Positions 1-13,000 of a stretch of DNA of 42,824 nucleotides are shown piece by piece. The notes below the pieces were generated by a model, which was not told the origin of the DNA, did not search any database, and saw nothing but the letters and a program-made list of their open reading frames with translations. Source of the DNA: a virus; the IMG/VR virus record IMGVR_UViG_2716884767_000001, positions 167,510 to 210,333 of that record; one strand, 5' to 3'. The position numbers and the translations under genes are program-made. Positions within the stretch are counted from its first letter, which is position 1; each line of letters opens with the position of its first letter.

Positions 1-694
1 TTCAATTGTCATCAGTGGTGAACAAACAGGTATAACAACAATTAATGATGTTAAGTATGATCATACTACAGGTTTAACTACAGTTACGACTCAAGATCCA
101 CATAACTTTAGTATAAATGATGAGATTACAATGGCAGGAATTGCTTTTACTTGCGATTCTACAGCAGGTATAACAAGTTCGATATTTCCCGCACCACAAG
201 TTGCATTTACAGTTAATAAAGTTGGTGCTGGATCTACCAATTTTGAGACAAATACAGGTATTGTAAAAACTTTACCCCATACTTTCAGACCATCTTTTCA
301 TAATTTTATTCGTGCGGAAAAAGATGCAATCACAGTCGAGACTGGTAATCAGAATGGTAATAAAATACAAGTTGTAAGGGGAACAGGTTATGATTCTGTG
401 ACAGGAATTCTCTCTGTAACTACAGCTGTACCACACAATCTTGTAACTGGAAATACAATTCGATTTACAAATGAGTCACTTGTTTTTAAATGTTCACAAG
501 ATAATTATTTTAAAGAAAAAAAATATCCTCGAAGCACTGATCCAGCAAATGCAACAGAAACACTTGGTGTAACAACTTTTGTAGGCATTGCGAATACCTT
601 TACAGTTAATGTTGGAGTAACAACAACGGGTGGATTAGTCGGACCACTTCAGATGGAATTTATCTGTAGTATCTTAGAGAACAGCACATCATAA
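1..694 (+). CDS. Virion structural protein, 5'-truncated by window edge
   Basis: Frame of ORF 131..694 is open back to position 2. Two internal repeats (YDHTTGLTTVTTQDPHNF / YDSVTGILSVTTAVPHNL) and a YPRSTDP motif of the kind seen in cyanophage structural proteins. Directly upstream of the fibre gene. Confidence 0.7.
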   Translation, partial: SIVISGEQTGITTINDVKYDHTTGLTTVTTQDPHNFSINDEITMAGIAFTCDSTAGITSSIFPAPQVAFTVNKVGAGSTNFETNTGIVKTLPHTFRPSFHNFIRAEKDAITVETGNQNGNKIQVVRGTGYDSVTGILSVTTAVPHNLVTGNTIRFTNESLVFKCSQDNYFKEKKYPRSTDPANATETLGVTTFVGIANTFTVNVGVTTTGGLVGPLQMEFICSILENSTS

Positions 695-695
695 T

Positions 696-3600
696 ATGCC
701 AAAGTATTTAAGTGGAAGGGTCAAAAGAACTCCACAAGGTTCACTAACAACTGATAGGTATCAATACCTTGGATTAGAACAGGCAGAACCTAATTTAGGT
801 GATCCACCAGAATTAGATGCGATTCCGTCTGGTACGCAATATCAGATTGTTTCATTAATTGATCGACCTGGCGAAAGGTTTTGGGTTCCAATTGGAGGAG
901 GAATACAACCAGGATCTGTAACTATTAGAGATGAAGGATTAGTTGTTCCGAGAACAGATGCAAATCCAAATTTAGGTGTTAGTAGTATCACTGATATAAA
1001 CTTTGTTGGAGCTGCTGTCACTGTTGTTGGATTTTTAAACCCTGACGGATCACCTGGCACTGCTGTTACTGTTACTATTTCCCCACCAGGTGACAATTTT
1101 GAAATTTTATTTAATAGTGCTGATGGTGAATTTACATCTTCTCCAAATTTTATATTTGATAATAGAGTAGGTATAGGTTCGGTTGGTATCGGAACTGTAA
1201 ATCCTACACAGAATTTGCATGTTGTAGGAAATGTAAAATTAGATAAAACAATATATGGAGAGGATAATCAACCAGGTAACACTGGTAATCTTTTAGTAAA
1301 AACTGCAACAGGTGGAGTTAAGTGGACTAGTTCAGGAGCTGTAACATCTGGTGCAGGTGGAACGATAACACAAATTCAGTTTCATGATGATACGGGTTTA
1401 GTTGGTGGTGCAAGTAATTTTGTCTTTGATTCAACGAATAGTAGAATTGGTATAGGTTCAACTCAACCCGATAGATTATTAGATGTTCTTGGTAATTCAC
1501 GATTTACTGGTGTTACAACTTTCTCTGGTGATGTAATATTTGCTGGTGATAATTATAATATTACATTTGATAAATCACTTGATGACTTAGTATTTGGTGA
1601 TAATGCAAAATTAACATTCGGTATTGGGAACACTACTGTCAATTTGTTTTACAAACCAGATACCAGAGATTTTAGACATGAATTTAATGGTGGTGCTAAT
1701 TATGTTTTATTAACTAATACTTTTGATCTCAAAAGTGCAGATGCAAGTAAAGCAGCAATCACAGCATTTGATCCAGGTGGTGTTCCTGAAGTAAGATTAT
1801 TTAATGATGGAAATGAAAAATTAAGAACCACTGGTTATGGAGTTACAGTTTTTGGAAAATTAGAAACAACTGACATTTTTGCATCTGGTAATGTTGGTAT
1901 CGGAACTTCTATAACACCTCATAAGCTAAGTGTTAAGGGTACTATTTCTAAAATATCTGGTGATGGATCTGGAATACAATTAGTAAATATAGCTCAAGAT
2001 GCATCAAATCATGGAACAATTGCAATAAATCAATCTGGTGGAACAGAGAGAATAAAATTACATTCTAGTGGTGTAAGTTATTTTAATGGTGGTGATGTTG
2101 GTATCGGAACTACAAATCCGACAGCATCAAATATTGAATCTGCCCTTGAAAGTAATACAAAAGTTCTTGCCGTTGGTATAATCACTGCAAACCAAATATT
2201 TGGAAAGGTCACTTCCATTCAGGAGACAATAGATCTTGAGACTTTAAATGTCTCTGGAATCACATCAACAAAAAATTTATTTGTTACTGGAATAGCTACT
2301 TTCAACCAAGGTGTATCAATTGGTGGTACATTAACATACGAAGACGTAACAAACGTTGATTCAATTGGTATTATCACTGCAGGAAAAGGTTTTAGAGCCA
2401 CTTCAGGTGGGTTATCTGTTAGTGGTGTTTCTACATTTATAGGTGCTAGTGGTGCAGAACAAGTTAAAATTCAATCTCAAGGTGGTGGAGCATCAATTTT
2501 CATTGCTAATTACCAAGGAGTTACTGATGCAGGAGATAATGGAAGATTAGGTGTTGGTAGAAATGATAATGCATTGATATTCACGAATGCAAGTGCATCT
2601 CAAGTTGGTGTTTTTGCAATTGGTAATACAGACGCAGTTCCACTTGTTTTTTCAACAGCAAACACAGAAAGACTTCGCATCACAGGAATTGGATCAGTTG
2701 GTATCGGAACTAATGATCCAACAGAAAAATTAGAAGTTTATGATGGAAGAATAGTAGTTAGAAATTTAACAGATGATGCAGCTAAAATTGTATTGAGAGA
2801 TGATAGTGGTTCATATGATCATTATCAGATAAGAAATAAAGGTGGTAATTTTATAATTCGTAATTCGGGTGCTGATCCTCAATATAATGCTTTGACTATC
2901 GAGTCAGGTGGTGATGTCGGTATTGGAACTCATGATCCAATACAAAAACTCGATGTAAGAGGTAATGCTATATTCTCAAATTCGGGAAATGATACAAGTG
3001 TTTCGATTGGTGAAACTGTTGGAAATAATAATGCATTTATTGATTTTAGGGGAGATTCAACATATACCGATTATGGTTTAAGAGTATTGAGAAATGATGG
3101 AGGTGCTAATGCTACTTCTGATTTTAGACATAGAGGAACAGGTGCTATAAGAATAGTAGCAGAAGATGCTGGTAGTATTCAATTTTTCACATCTGGAACA
3201 GCATCATCTAATGAAAGACTTCGCATCACATCTGATGGTAAAGTTGGTATTGGAACTGGTAATCCAACATCAAAATTACATGTCTTTGAACGTGTGTCTA
3301 ACAGTGTTGGAGTTACAACTCTTCTTACATTGCATTCAAACAGGAATGACATGACGAGTAGTGTGCTATCTGGTGGATCAATAAGATTTTTCAATACAGA
3401 TGACAATAATTCTGGTCAGGCATTTATTCAAGCAAATGCTCCTTCATCTTATGATGATCCCAATGATGAAGGAAAACGTGAAAAAACAGTCGATTTTAAT
3501 TTTGTACAATCAAACGGAGCTCTTAATACTCTCAATACTAATCTTACAATTAAAGGTGAAACAGGTAATGTTGGTATCGGAAGTGATAATCCAGATGGTA

Positions 3601-6600
3601 AATTACATGTATTTAAAGGTTCTGCTGGTAACGTAAATGCTGACAGTGATGCAAATAATATTGTAATCGAATCGAACACAGATCCTGGTATTTCTTTCTT
3701 ATCTCCAAATAACGAACAAGCAAGAATAAAATTTGCTGATCCAGATGACACTGATGTTGGTGCGATTACTTATAATCATAATAATGATACACTCTCTATG
3801 AGAGCAGGTGGAATCACTGTCATTGGTATTACATCAACGAAGACAACTATTGAGGGAGATTTGGATGTTGATGGAGCTATAACATATAGCACTGTAGCAG
3901 ATGTAAATTCAGTTGGAGTTATTACTGCTCAAAGTGGAATTAATGTGACTGGAGCTGGAGTATCAGTGGTTGGTGTATCTACATTCTTTGATGATGTTGA
4001 TTTTAATTCGGGTATAGGAATTGGTAAATCAATTTTTCACATAGGTGATGAAGGCACTCGGATGCACTTTCCTACCACCAATTCAAATGGTGGAACTGGT
4101 CAGGAGATTGTGTTTGAATCTAATAACACTGAGAGACTTCTTATTAATTCAGATGGAGTAAATCTTAGAGGAGGTGCATTATCTGGAAATAATACTTCTG
4201 TAAATTATTTTGCGATTCAAAGCACAGATGGTAATGCAAATAGATCTCAAATTGATATAGGTTTAATTACAGGTAATGATGGGGGAGGAATTCATTTCTA
4301 CACGACTAGTGATGATGGCACTAACGAAAAATCCAAACGTATGGTCATCAAGGGAAAAACTGGAAAAATAGGTATCGGAACTGATGATCCAACAGCACAA
4401 CTTCAAGTTTATAGAAAGACTCAATTTGGAGGTAATCCATTAATTCAGGCGAGATCCAATAATGGAAGCACCAATGAATTGAAATTTGAAATTGATGGTG
4501 ATGGTGATGCTACTTTTAATGGTGATGTTGGTATCGGAACTAGTGGAAAATTAACAATTAAACCAAATCCAAATCCTACTTTTGGTGTATCCGAAGCAAT
4601 TAGAATAGATCAAAATAATGCCACAGACGATAGAGCGTTGCAAATTTTTGAATTTGAAAATTCATTAGCTAGGCATCATGCACTTACTCATAATCTCAGA
4701 GTTTACAGATACTCTGCATCAGCATATGGATACACACAGGGTAAGTATAGTGGATCTCAAATGCATGAATATGCTGGAGGAACATATAAAATATTTACTA
4801 ATCCACAAGCTTCTGTTGGAAATACACAAGATATTGTTCCAACAGAAAGATTTAGATTAACATCATCTGGTGACGTTGGTATCGGAACTAATAATCCAAC
4901 TGGCAGCAACGCTGTTGTGGATAATAATGCAACATTGGCAGTTGGTATTCTAACTGCTAGACAAATTTCTGGACTAGTTGTTCCTAATGGTGATTTAGTC
5001 GTTGATGGTAATCTTAAGGTAACTGGTATTAGCACTTTTGTTGGTGTTACAACTTTTGGTAATGTTGGAATAGGTGGATCACTTCCTGATGATTTTGTTA
5101 CAAATAAATTTGTTGTTGGTGATGGTGGTGGTAGTCGTGGAATGACCATCTATAGTGATGGAACTTTGGGGCAGATATATTTTGCAGATGGAAATTCAGG
5201 AGACGATAGAAAGAGAGGGGGAATAGTTTATGATCATTCTCAAAATGAGTTAAAATTCTCTGTAAATGCAGTTGAAAAATTCATTATTGACTCAGATGGT
5301 GATGTCGGTATCGGAACTGACGATCCAACATCAAAATTTGATGTTCATATGAATGATAAATCTGGAGTAAATTTTTTAAATATTTCTAATAATTCTGCAA
5401 TAGATCTCAAAGCTAATCAGGTTGAGTCTTGTGGTCGTATTCAGGTATCTGAATCAGTTGGTGGTGGAGTAATGATATTATCCACCAAAAATACTAGTGG
5501 AGATATAACAGAAAGACTTCGCATGCACACAAATGGTGATGTAACAACAACTGGTGCCGATTTCTCCATAGCAAATGCAGGATTTACAGCAAGAAAGGAT
5601 GATTGTGTTAGTATAACAAGGGCAAGTGGAACACCTCTTGAAATAAATCGAACTGGTAATGATGGAGAATTAATTAAGTTCTATCAAGATGGTACGGAAG
5701 AAGCAAATATATCAATTAATGGAGATGATTTAATATTTGGAAATACAACTGAAAAATTCCGTATCAATTCTAGTGGTGCAAAAATCACTGGTAATCTTGA
5801 GGTTACTGGTGAATTAACATACGAAGATGTAACAAATATTGATGCGGTTGGAATTATCACAGCTCAAAATGGAATTAAAGTTCTTGGTGCAGGTGTAACT
5901 GTAACAGGAATTTCAACATTTTATGATAACGTTAATTTCCAAGATAGAGTTCTTATTGGAAGAGAAGTTGGAACTGCAATACACGGAGTAGTGGGTCATA
6001 CTGATAATCAATTACAAGTCGTGGGTACAGGAACTTCATGTGGAATTTCAATTATCAGATATTCAAATGATGACGACGCAGGATCTTTGACTTTTGTTAA
6101 ATCAAGAAGTTCAACGATAGGCACCAACATTGCAGTTCAAAATGGTGACGAACTTGGAGTGATTCGATTCAATGGTGCCGACCAATCACCACCTAATGGT
6201 GACATTGCAAATTCAGGTGCAAGAATTAGAGCTCAAGTAACGGGTCATGTAACTCATGATGATGAGCATGACATACCTACCTCACTGTTTTTTGACACAT
6301 CTCCTGATGGTTTAGCTTCTCCTCAAGAAAGAATGAGTATCCGTCATGATGGACTAGTCGGAATGGGAACTACTACTGCAGTGGGTACACAGTCACAATA
6401 CAGTAGATTGATAGTGAGTGGAAATAATAATTCTACATCAGGATATGGTGTTTTAACCATACAAGCACAATCTTCTGTTCTTCATCAGTCTACAATTGGA
6501 ACTCTTGTTTTTGCTGATCGCAGAGGAGATTTTGCAAATATCACTGCTTTTACTGACGCTAGTACGGGTGGAAGTGATTTTCCTGGACGTTTGTCGTTTG

Positions 6601-7010
6601 CAACAACACCTGATGGTGCCACTATTCCGACAAATAAACTTACCATATTATCAGGAGGTAATATTGGTATTGGAAGTGAAATTCCACAATATAAATTGGA
6701 AGTTGTCGGAACCGTCGCAGCAACTAATTTTGATTCACTTTCAGATCGAAAAGTCAAAACAAATATTCAAATTATTCAAGATCCAATTGAAAAAATTAAA
6801 AAGATTGATGGTGTATCATTTAATTGGAAGTCAGACAATAAACCATCTCTTGGTGTAATTGCTGATAATGTTCAAAGTGTATTACCAGAAATTGTAAGTA
6901 ATAATGATCCAAAATCTGTAAATTATAATGGACTGATTGGATTATTGATTGAGGTTGTTAAAGACCAACAGAAACAAATTGAAGAATTGAGAGGTCTTAT
7001 TGATAAATAA
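696..7010 (+). CDS. Giant modular tail fibre protein (2104 aa) with C-terminal intramolecular chaperone (peptidase S74-like)
   Basis: Many G(N/D/K)VGIGT and ERLRI repeats. C-terminus SDRKVKTNI...GVSFNWK...LGVIAD...LPEIV...VNYNGLIGLLIEVVK plus coiled coil matches the autocleaving chaperone signature. Confidence 0.85.
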   Translation: MPKYLSGRVKRTPQGSLTTDRYQYLGLEQAEPNLGDPPELDAIPSGTQYQIVSLIDRPGERFWVPIGGGIQPGSVTIRDEGLVVPRTDANPNLGVSSITDINFVGAAVTVVGFLNPDGSPGTAVTVTISPPGDNFEILFNSADGEFTSSPNFIFDNRVGIGSVGIGTVNPTQNLHVVGNVKLDKTIYGEDNQPGNTGNLLVKTATGGVKWTSSGAVTSGAGGTITQIQFHDDTGLVGGASNFVFDSTNSRIGIGSTQPDRLLDVLGNSRFTGVTTFSGDVIFAGDNYNITFDKSLDDLVFGDNAKLTFGIGNTTVNLFYKPDTRDFRHEFNGGANYVLLTNTFDLKSADASKAAITAFDPGGVPEVRLFNDGNEKLRTTGYGVTVFGKLETTDIFASGNVGIGTSITPHKLSVKGTISKISGDGSGIQLVNIAQDASNHGTIAINQSGGTERIKLHSSGVSYFNGGDVGIGTTNPTASNIESALESNTKVLAVGIITANQIFGKVTSIQETIDLETLNVSGITSTKNLFVTGIATFNQGVSIGGTLTYEDVTNVDSIGIITAGKGFRATSGGLSVSGVSTFIGASGAEQVKIQSQGGGASIFIANYQGVTDAGDNGRLGVGRNDNALIFTNASASQVGVFAIGNTDAVPLVFSTANTERLRITGIGSVGIGTNDPTEKLEVYDGRIVVRNLTDDAAKIVLRDDSGSYDHYQIRNKGGNFIIRNSGADPQYNALTIESGGDVGIGTHDPIQKLDVRGNAIFSNSGNDTSVSIGETVGNNNAFIDFRGDSTYTDYGLRVLRNDGGANATSDFRHRGTGAIRIVAEDAGSIQFFTSGTASSNERLRITSDGKVGIGTGNPTSKLHVFERVSNSVGVTTLLTLHSNRNDMTSSVLSGGSIRFFNTDDNNSGQAFIQANAPSSYDDPNDEGKREKTVDFNFVQSNGALNTLNTNLTIKGETGNVGIGSDNPDGKLHVFKGSAGNVNADSDANNIVIESNTDPGISFLSPNNEQARIKFADPDDTDVGAITYNHNNDTLSMRAGGITVIGITSTKTTIEGDLDVDGAITYSTVADVNSVGVITAQSGINVTGAGVSVVGVSTFFDDVDFNSGIGIGKSIFHIGDEGTRMHFPTTNSNGGTGQEIVFESNNTERLLINSDGVNLRGGALSGNNTSVNYFAIQSTDGNANRSQIDIGLITGNDGGGIHFYTTSDDGTNEKSKRMVIKGKTGKIGIGTDDPTAQLQVYRKTQFGGNPLIQARSNNGSTNELKFEIDGDGDATFNGDVGIGTSGKLTIKPNPNPTFGVSEAIRIDQNNATDDRALQIFEFENSLARHHALTHNLRVYRYSASAYGYTQGKYSGSQMHEYAGGTYKIFTNPQASVGNTQDIVPTERFRLTSSGDVGIGTNNPTGSNAVVDNNATLAVGILTARQISGLVVPNGDLVVDGNLKVTGISTFVGVTTFGNVGIGGSLPDDFVTNKFVVGDGGGSRGMTIYSDGTLGQIYFADGNSGDDRKRGGIVYDHSQNELKFSVNAVEKFIIDSDGDVGIGTDDPTSKFDVHMNDKSGVNFLNISNNSAIDLKANQVESCGRIQVSESVGGGVMILSTKNTSGDITERLRMHTNGDVTTTGADFSIANAGFTARKDDCVSITRASGTPLEINRTGNDGELIKFYQDGTEEANISINGDDLIFGNTTEKFRINSSGAKITGNLEVTGELTYEDVTNIDAVGIITAQNGIKVLGAGVTVTGISTFYDNVNFQDRVLIGREVGTAIHGVVGHTDNQLQVVGTGTSCGISIIRYSNDDDAGSLTFVKSRSSTIGTNIAVQNGDELGVIRFNGADQSPPNGDIANSGARIRAQVTGHVTHDDEHDIPTSLFFDTSPDGLASPQERMSIRHDGLVGMGTTTAVGTQSQYSRLIVSGNNNSTSGYGVLTIQAQSSVLHQSTIGTLVFADRRGDFANITAFTDASTGGSDFPGRLSFATTPDGATIPTNKLTILSGGNIGIGSEIPQYKLEVVGTVAATNFDSLSDRKVKTNIQIIQDPIEKIKKIDGVSFNWKSDNKPSLGVIADNVQSVLPEIVSNNDPKSVNYNGLIGLLIEVVKDQQKQIEELRGLIDK
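7002..7009 (+). promoter_or_regulatory. T4-type late promoter (GATAAATA)
   Basis: ATAAATA overlapping the upstream stop, about 35 nt before the next ATG; gp55 late consensus is TATAAATA. Confidence 0.55.
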
Positions 7011-7044
7011 AAGAAATTACCCAGTGGGAACACGAAGACGGTAG

Positions 7045-10000
7045 ATGGCAATTAAAATATCAGGCTCAACTATCATAGATGATAGTAGAGTCATAGTAAA
7101 TGCAGATAAAATAGGTATCGGTCAAACCACCCCAAGGTATGATCTAGAAATTTTTAGTACAGGAACTCCCACTGGAATCGCAGTTAGTGCAACCTCTACT
7201 CAGACTACAGATACAAATAAAGCAATATCAATTTTTAATAATAGTAGTACATTAGCTTTTTCAGCAAGTTATAGGGGAAGAGTTGATGCACAAGAATATT
7301 ATGGAACATTTAAAGGAACGATTGATACTGGTGTTTCAATTGGTAAAGCAGATACTATTGACATAACTGATGATACAACAGGTTCAGGAACTCATTATAT
7401 TCATTTTGGTAGTGCGACTGATGGTTATGATGGTGTAGAAGTTGATAGCACAGGTTTAGTTTATAAGGATGGTAAATTCGGTATTGGAACTAATAATCCC
7501 ACTCAAGAACTGACTTTATATGGGAATGATCCTATAATTTCTGTTCAAGAAGCAAGTGTTAGTTCACAAGTTGATATGGGAACAGGAACTGTTACAGGTT
7601 TTATAAACATTCAAAAAGCTGATGGAACAAGAACTGTACAAATAACTGGTAATGGTAAATCTTATTTTACTGGTGGTGGTCTAGGTATTGGAACTGTTGA
7701 TCAAACAAATTATGGTGGTGCCGTAAAACTAGCATTGTATAGCACTGGGCATACTGGATTTACTATTGCTGCAGGAACTAGTAGTGATAGTAATATATTC
7801 TTTGCTGATGGAATAACTGGAGATGCCACTTATCGAGGAAATATTAAATATGCACATAATGGTGATTCAATGCGGTTCCACACCGCAGCAGAAGAACAAC
7901 TTCGCATCACATCAGATGGTTTTGTAGGTATTGGAACTGATAATCCAGCAACAAAATTAGATGTGCAGGATGGTGACATTACGATTCGTAATGGGGCAGA
8001 ACATAATGCGATAAGGACTACTCCAGATGGTAAACTTCAATTCTTACGCAATGCTGCATCTAATAATACAGTATCAGTAACGATTGATGATGCTAATGGT
8101 AATGTTGGTATCGGAGAAACTTCTCCAAGTTCAAAATTTGAAATTGTTTCTGGAAATGCTGCTAGTGTAGTATCGGGAATTAAATTAAAGAATGATTCTA
8201 CAAGTGCCAGTGGGCCAGGATCAAGTATAGATTTTGTTGTTGATGGTGTAAATGATGTCACAACAGCACAAATTATTGGCCAAAGAACTTCAGCCAATTA
8301 TCATCAAGGATCTTTACAGTTTCTGACAAAGGATAGTGGTGGTGCTGGACTTGTAGAAAGACTTCGCATCAACTCTGATGGTGATTTATTAAGAGGTGGA
8401 ACTGGACAGGATATTGGAGCAAGTGATGCTAAGTGGGATAATATATACGCTAACAAAGTTTACGCAGACATAGAGGGATCTATAACTCCATCTGGAAGTC
8501 TAACGATAACAAATGATTTAACTGTAAATGGAAACACAACTTTAGGAGATGCAACTTCAGACACTCTTACTATAAATGCAACTCCTGTAATTATCAATGA
8601 CAATGGACTTTATGTAAAATCGGAAACTAATGCTGCTACCGATGGTGCTCAAATTAGATTTAGTGATATATCCAATGCAACTCAGAAAGGTTTCATTAGA
8701 TACAAACATCCTGATGGTAGTATAGCACCAGGATCGAATGATGGTTTTATAATCGGAGGAACTGAAACTCTTACAGTTGTTAAAGTTGAAGGTCGTGTAC
8801 TTGTAGATGAAAAAATTGGTATTGGAACTGATGATCCTCGCAATGATCTTGTTAAAATAAATCATGCTGGAACTGATACTCCTATAACCGCTTTAACGAT
8901 TTCGGGACAAAAAATTACAACTGGTGGTGGAAGTGGAATCTTTTTGAAAGCTAGTTCTGATGTATTGAATGATGATAGATATGGATCACGAATTCATACA
9001 ATAAGAGAAGGAACAAATAATGGTGCTACTTCATTAGTCATTTCTAATGAAAACTCTGATTCTAGTAGATTGGAAGAAAGACTTCGCATCACATCAGCAG
9101 GCCAAGTAGGTATCGGAACCACCAATCCTAGTCAAATGCTCACAGTTCGGGGAACAATTCTCAAAACCCGTAGTGATTCAGGTCTTGGATTAATATATCT
9201 TCAACAGGATGGATCACAGAATGGACAGATAGTAGTTAATCAGAATGGTGGAGTAACAAGAGTAAAATTAGATTCTGCTGCAGAATCATATTTTAATGGT
9301 GGTAAATTATTAGTTAGTCATACTAGTGTTTTACATTCTGGAAATTTACAAGTCTCTGCTGCTGGTGGTGATGCGATAGATATCAACTCATATTCTACAA
9401 ATGCAAATAATGGTGGTCGATTATCGTTCTACAGAAGTAAGAATGCTTCAATTGGAAGTAATACTGTAGTAGCAAATGGTGATAGTTTAGGAAGAATTGA
9501 CTTTAGAGGATACAATACTAATGGTAATTCTTATGACCAAGGTGCCACAATTGAGGCTAGGGTTGATGGTTCAGTTAATTCATCAACTGACATGCCAACT
9601 GCCATCCTATTCAAAACAAGTAATGATGGTTCAGCGTCACCTGATGAGAGACTTCGCATCGCATCAGATGGTAAAGTTGGTATCGGAACCAATTTAAGTA
9701 CCACCCCATCATCCACTTTAACCGTAGCACCTCATAACTCAACTTCTGGTCGTAATATTTCACTTTATACAAGTGGTTCAGTTGGCAACAAAGCAGGTTT
9801 ATTCTTTAATTCGACTTCAGGAACTGGAAACCTAGCAGAAATTCAGGCAGAATACAAAGGAACTAATGAAGGTGAATTAGTTCTAAGCACTTCGATGCAG
9901 AAAAGAATTACCATCAAGAAAGATGGTGAAGTAGGAATTAATACAGCAACTGTATATGATACCAACACAATGCTTCAGGTTAATGGAAAGTCGGGTGCTG

Positions 10001-13000
10001 GTCCAAATTTAGTCTTACATAGAAATGATACGACAGTTTCAGCAGGTCAAGTTCTTGGTGCATTAAGAATAACTGGAAATGATAGTAACGGAACACAACA
10101 AGAATCCTCTGCAATTGAATTTGTTGCGGACTTAGATCACGGAACAGATGATAAACCAGGACGTATAGTTTTCAGAACAACTAATGATGGTGCATCATCA
10201 GCAACAGAAAAAGTTCGTATCAACTCTGATGGTGATTTATTAAGAGGTGGAACTGGACAGGATATTGGAGCAAGTAATGCTAAGTGGGACAACATATACG
10301 CTAATAAAGTTTATGCAGATATAGAGGGATCTATAACTCCATCTGGAAGTCTAACGATAACAAATGATTTAACTGTAAATGGAAATACAACTTTAGGTAG
10401 TGATTCTAGTGATACTTTGACTGTTAATGCTAATGCCACATTTAATGACGAATTAGAAGTGTTTGGAACTGATGCTTCGGCACTCGTACATTTTAATGGT
10501 CATTCAAGAGGTGGTATTGCTGCTTTTAGCACTCAACAAGTTGCATTTGTCTCAACACATGTGAATGATGATTTATTATTTGGTTATTCTAATAATCCAC
10601 CATCGGGTGCTAATTTTGTTCCAAGAATGAAAATTGATAATGGAACTGGTTACGTATCTATAGGTCATACATCTCCAGCTACTAAGTTAGATGTAAAACA
10701 AAATAATGGAGTTGCTTATGATGGTAATGCACAAACCGTAGCATATGGTGCTGCTCGTTTCTTTAATGAATCTGGACATGTAAATGGTGGAACATATACA
10801 GGATTCCAATTTAATATAACTGGTAATTCTCAGAATAGAATTTGTTCTATTGGAATGATCTCTGAAGCAAGTAATAGTAAAGCATCTTCTCTTGTATTCC
10901 ATACTGATGATAATGGTGATAGAACTGAAAAACTTCGCATCGACTCAAGTGGTAGATTATTTACTGGTGGTTCCACCAATATTCTTGATTCAACTGTTGG
11001 AACACTTCATATTTCTGGTGGAACAAGTGGCGGTAGACTTGCATTTAGAGGAACCACCACAAGTGCGGAGACTGGAATAGCAGAAGTATTTGCTTTCTGG
11101 GATACAAATAAAGTTGCTGGAATGATTGCAAAATCAGGAACAGATACAACTAATAAAGTCGACGGAAGTTTACATTTTTATACAAGACCAGATGCTAATG
11201 GATTAGTAGAAAGACTTAACATCACATCAGATGGACAAGTAAGAATTGCTAATACTGATTTAACTACTAATTCTTCTGCTGATGATTTGATAGTTGGAAC
11301 CACAAGTGGTAACAGAGGACTAACGATTTTCTCAGGAACTGGAAACACTGGAAATATTTTCTTTGCTGACACAGATACATCTGGTGTTGGAAATAGAATG
11401 GGAACCATTACTTATGATCACAGTGGAAACTTTATGAGATTTTCCACGAGTGGAAATCAAGAAAAAGTTCGCATCACATCAACTGGTGATGTTGGTATCG
11501 GAACCACAAATCCAGATGGTAGATTACATGTTTTAGGAAATTCAAGATTTGTAGGAATTACAACTTTTACTGATGATATTTTTGTAGGAACTGATGGTAA
11601 ACTACTTGTCGGAACCACTTCTGGAAACAATGCCAATAAAATTCACGCAAGATTAGCAAATGGAAGTATTGCTAATACCTCAAATCAATCAGTCATACTT
11701 GCAGAAAATAATACTAACACTTGGATAACAATTGGATCAGGTGCAAGTAATTACGGAGGTATTCTATTTGCAGATAGTGGTGCATCTGATGTTGGACAAG
11801 TCAGATATGATCATAGTGGTAATGCTCTTGAATTCTTAACGAATGGTGGCAATGCCACAAATATAAGACTTAAAATCGACTCAAGTGGACATTTACTTCC
11901 TGGTGGAACCAGTCAAGATATAGGTTCTTCAAGTAGTAGATGGAATAATATATTTGCTGCTAATGCAAACTTTAGTGGAACAGTAACCTATGAAAGTGTA
12001 ACAGATATTGATGCGGTTGGAGTTATTACAGCACGTGATCACATAAAATTTGCTAACTCAGGTGATGGAATTATATTTGGAACTGAGGGAAGTAGTGATA
12101 GACCTTCTATACTTGGTACTTATGCTGCAGCAGATGATAATTATATATCGTTTAACACCACTGGTGATGAAAGATTTCGCATTACAAAAGATGGTAAGTT
12201 TTCTTTAGGAACTATTAACGCAACTCCATCAGCAGGTGTGCATATTGATATAGATTCAAATAATATGTTGATGTTGGACAACTCAACAGCATCCACTCAA
12301 AAGATGTTCTTTGCTCAAAGTGGAGGAACACACGCACAAATATATGCAACCTCTGCGAGTGGTGCATTAACAATTGAATCAGACCCAAGTAATAATCACA
12401 CTGGTTCATTTATAGACTTTAGAGTTGATAATGATGAAAAACTTCGCATCGAAGCAGGTGGTGACGTTGGTATCGGGACTCATAATCCTGGTGAAAAACT
12501 TGATGTAAATGGTGCAATAAGATTAAGAGGAAATAATCAAACAACATATGCTGCAGTATTAAAAGCAAATTATGATTCTACTCACACTTTATCTCTTGAA
12601 TCGTATCATAATAGTGGTACTGCATTTGAAGTTATTGGAACTCATGCTGATGGTGGTGGTACAAACGTAAGAGTTGCTATTGCTAAAGATGGTCAAAAAG
12701 TTGGTATCGGAACTGTAAATCCAGTAGCAAGTGCAAGATTAGATGTATGGGGTGATGGTAGTGAATATCCAACTTTAAGATTAGGAACAGAAGCATATGA
12801 TACAGAAGGAGAGGATATAAGATTTGGTAGAATAGATCATCCGCAATCTGATATAAGATATCATTCAATTTATAGTTACCATCACGCAACTGCTGCAAAT
12901 AATTATCTTAAATTTAGTGTACATAAAGGATCCGTTGGTGGTAATAACACATTACAGGCAGATATAATGCATCTTAAAGGTGATGGTAATGTTGGAATCA

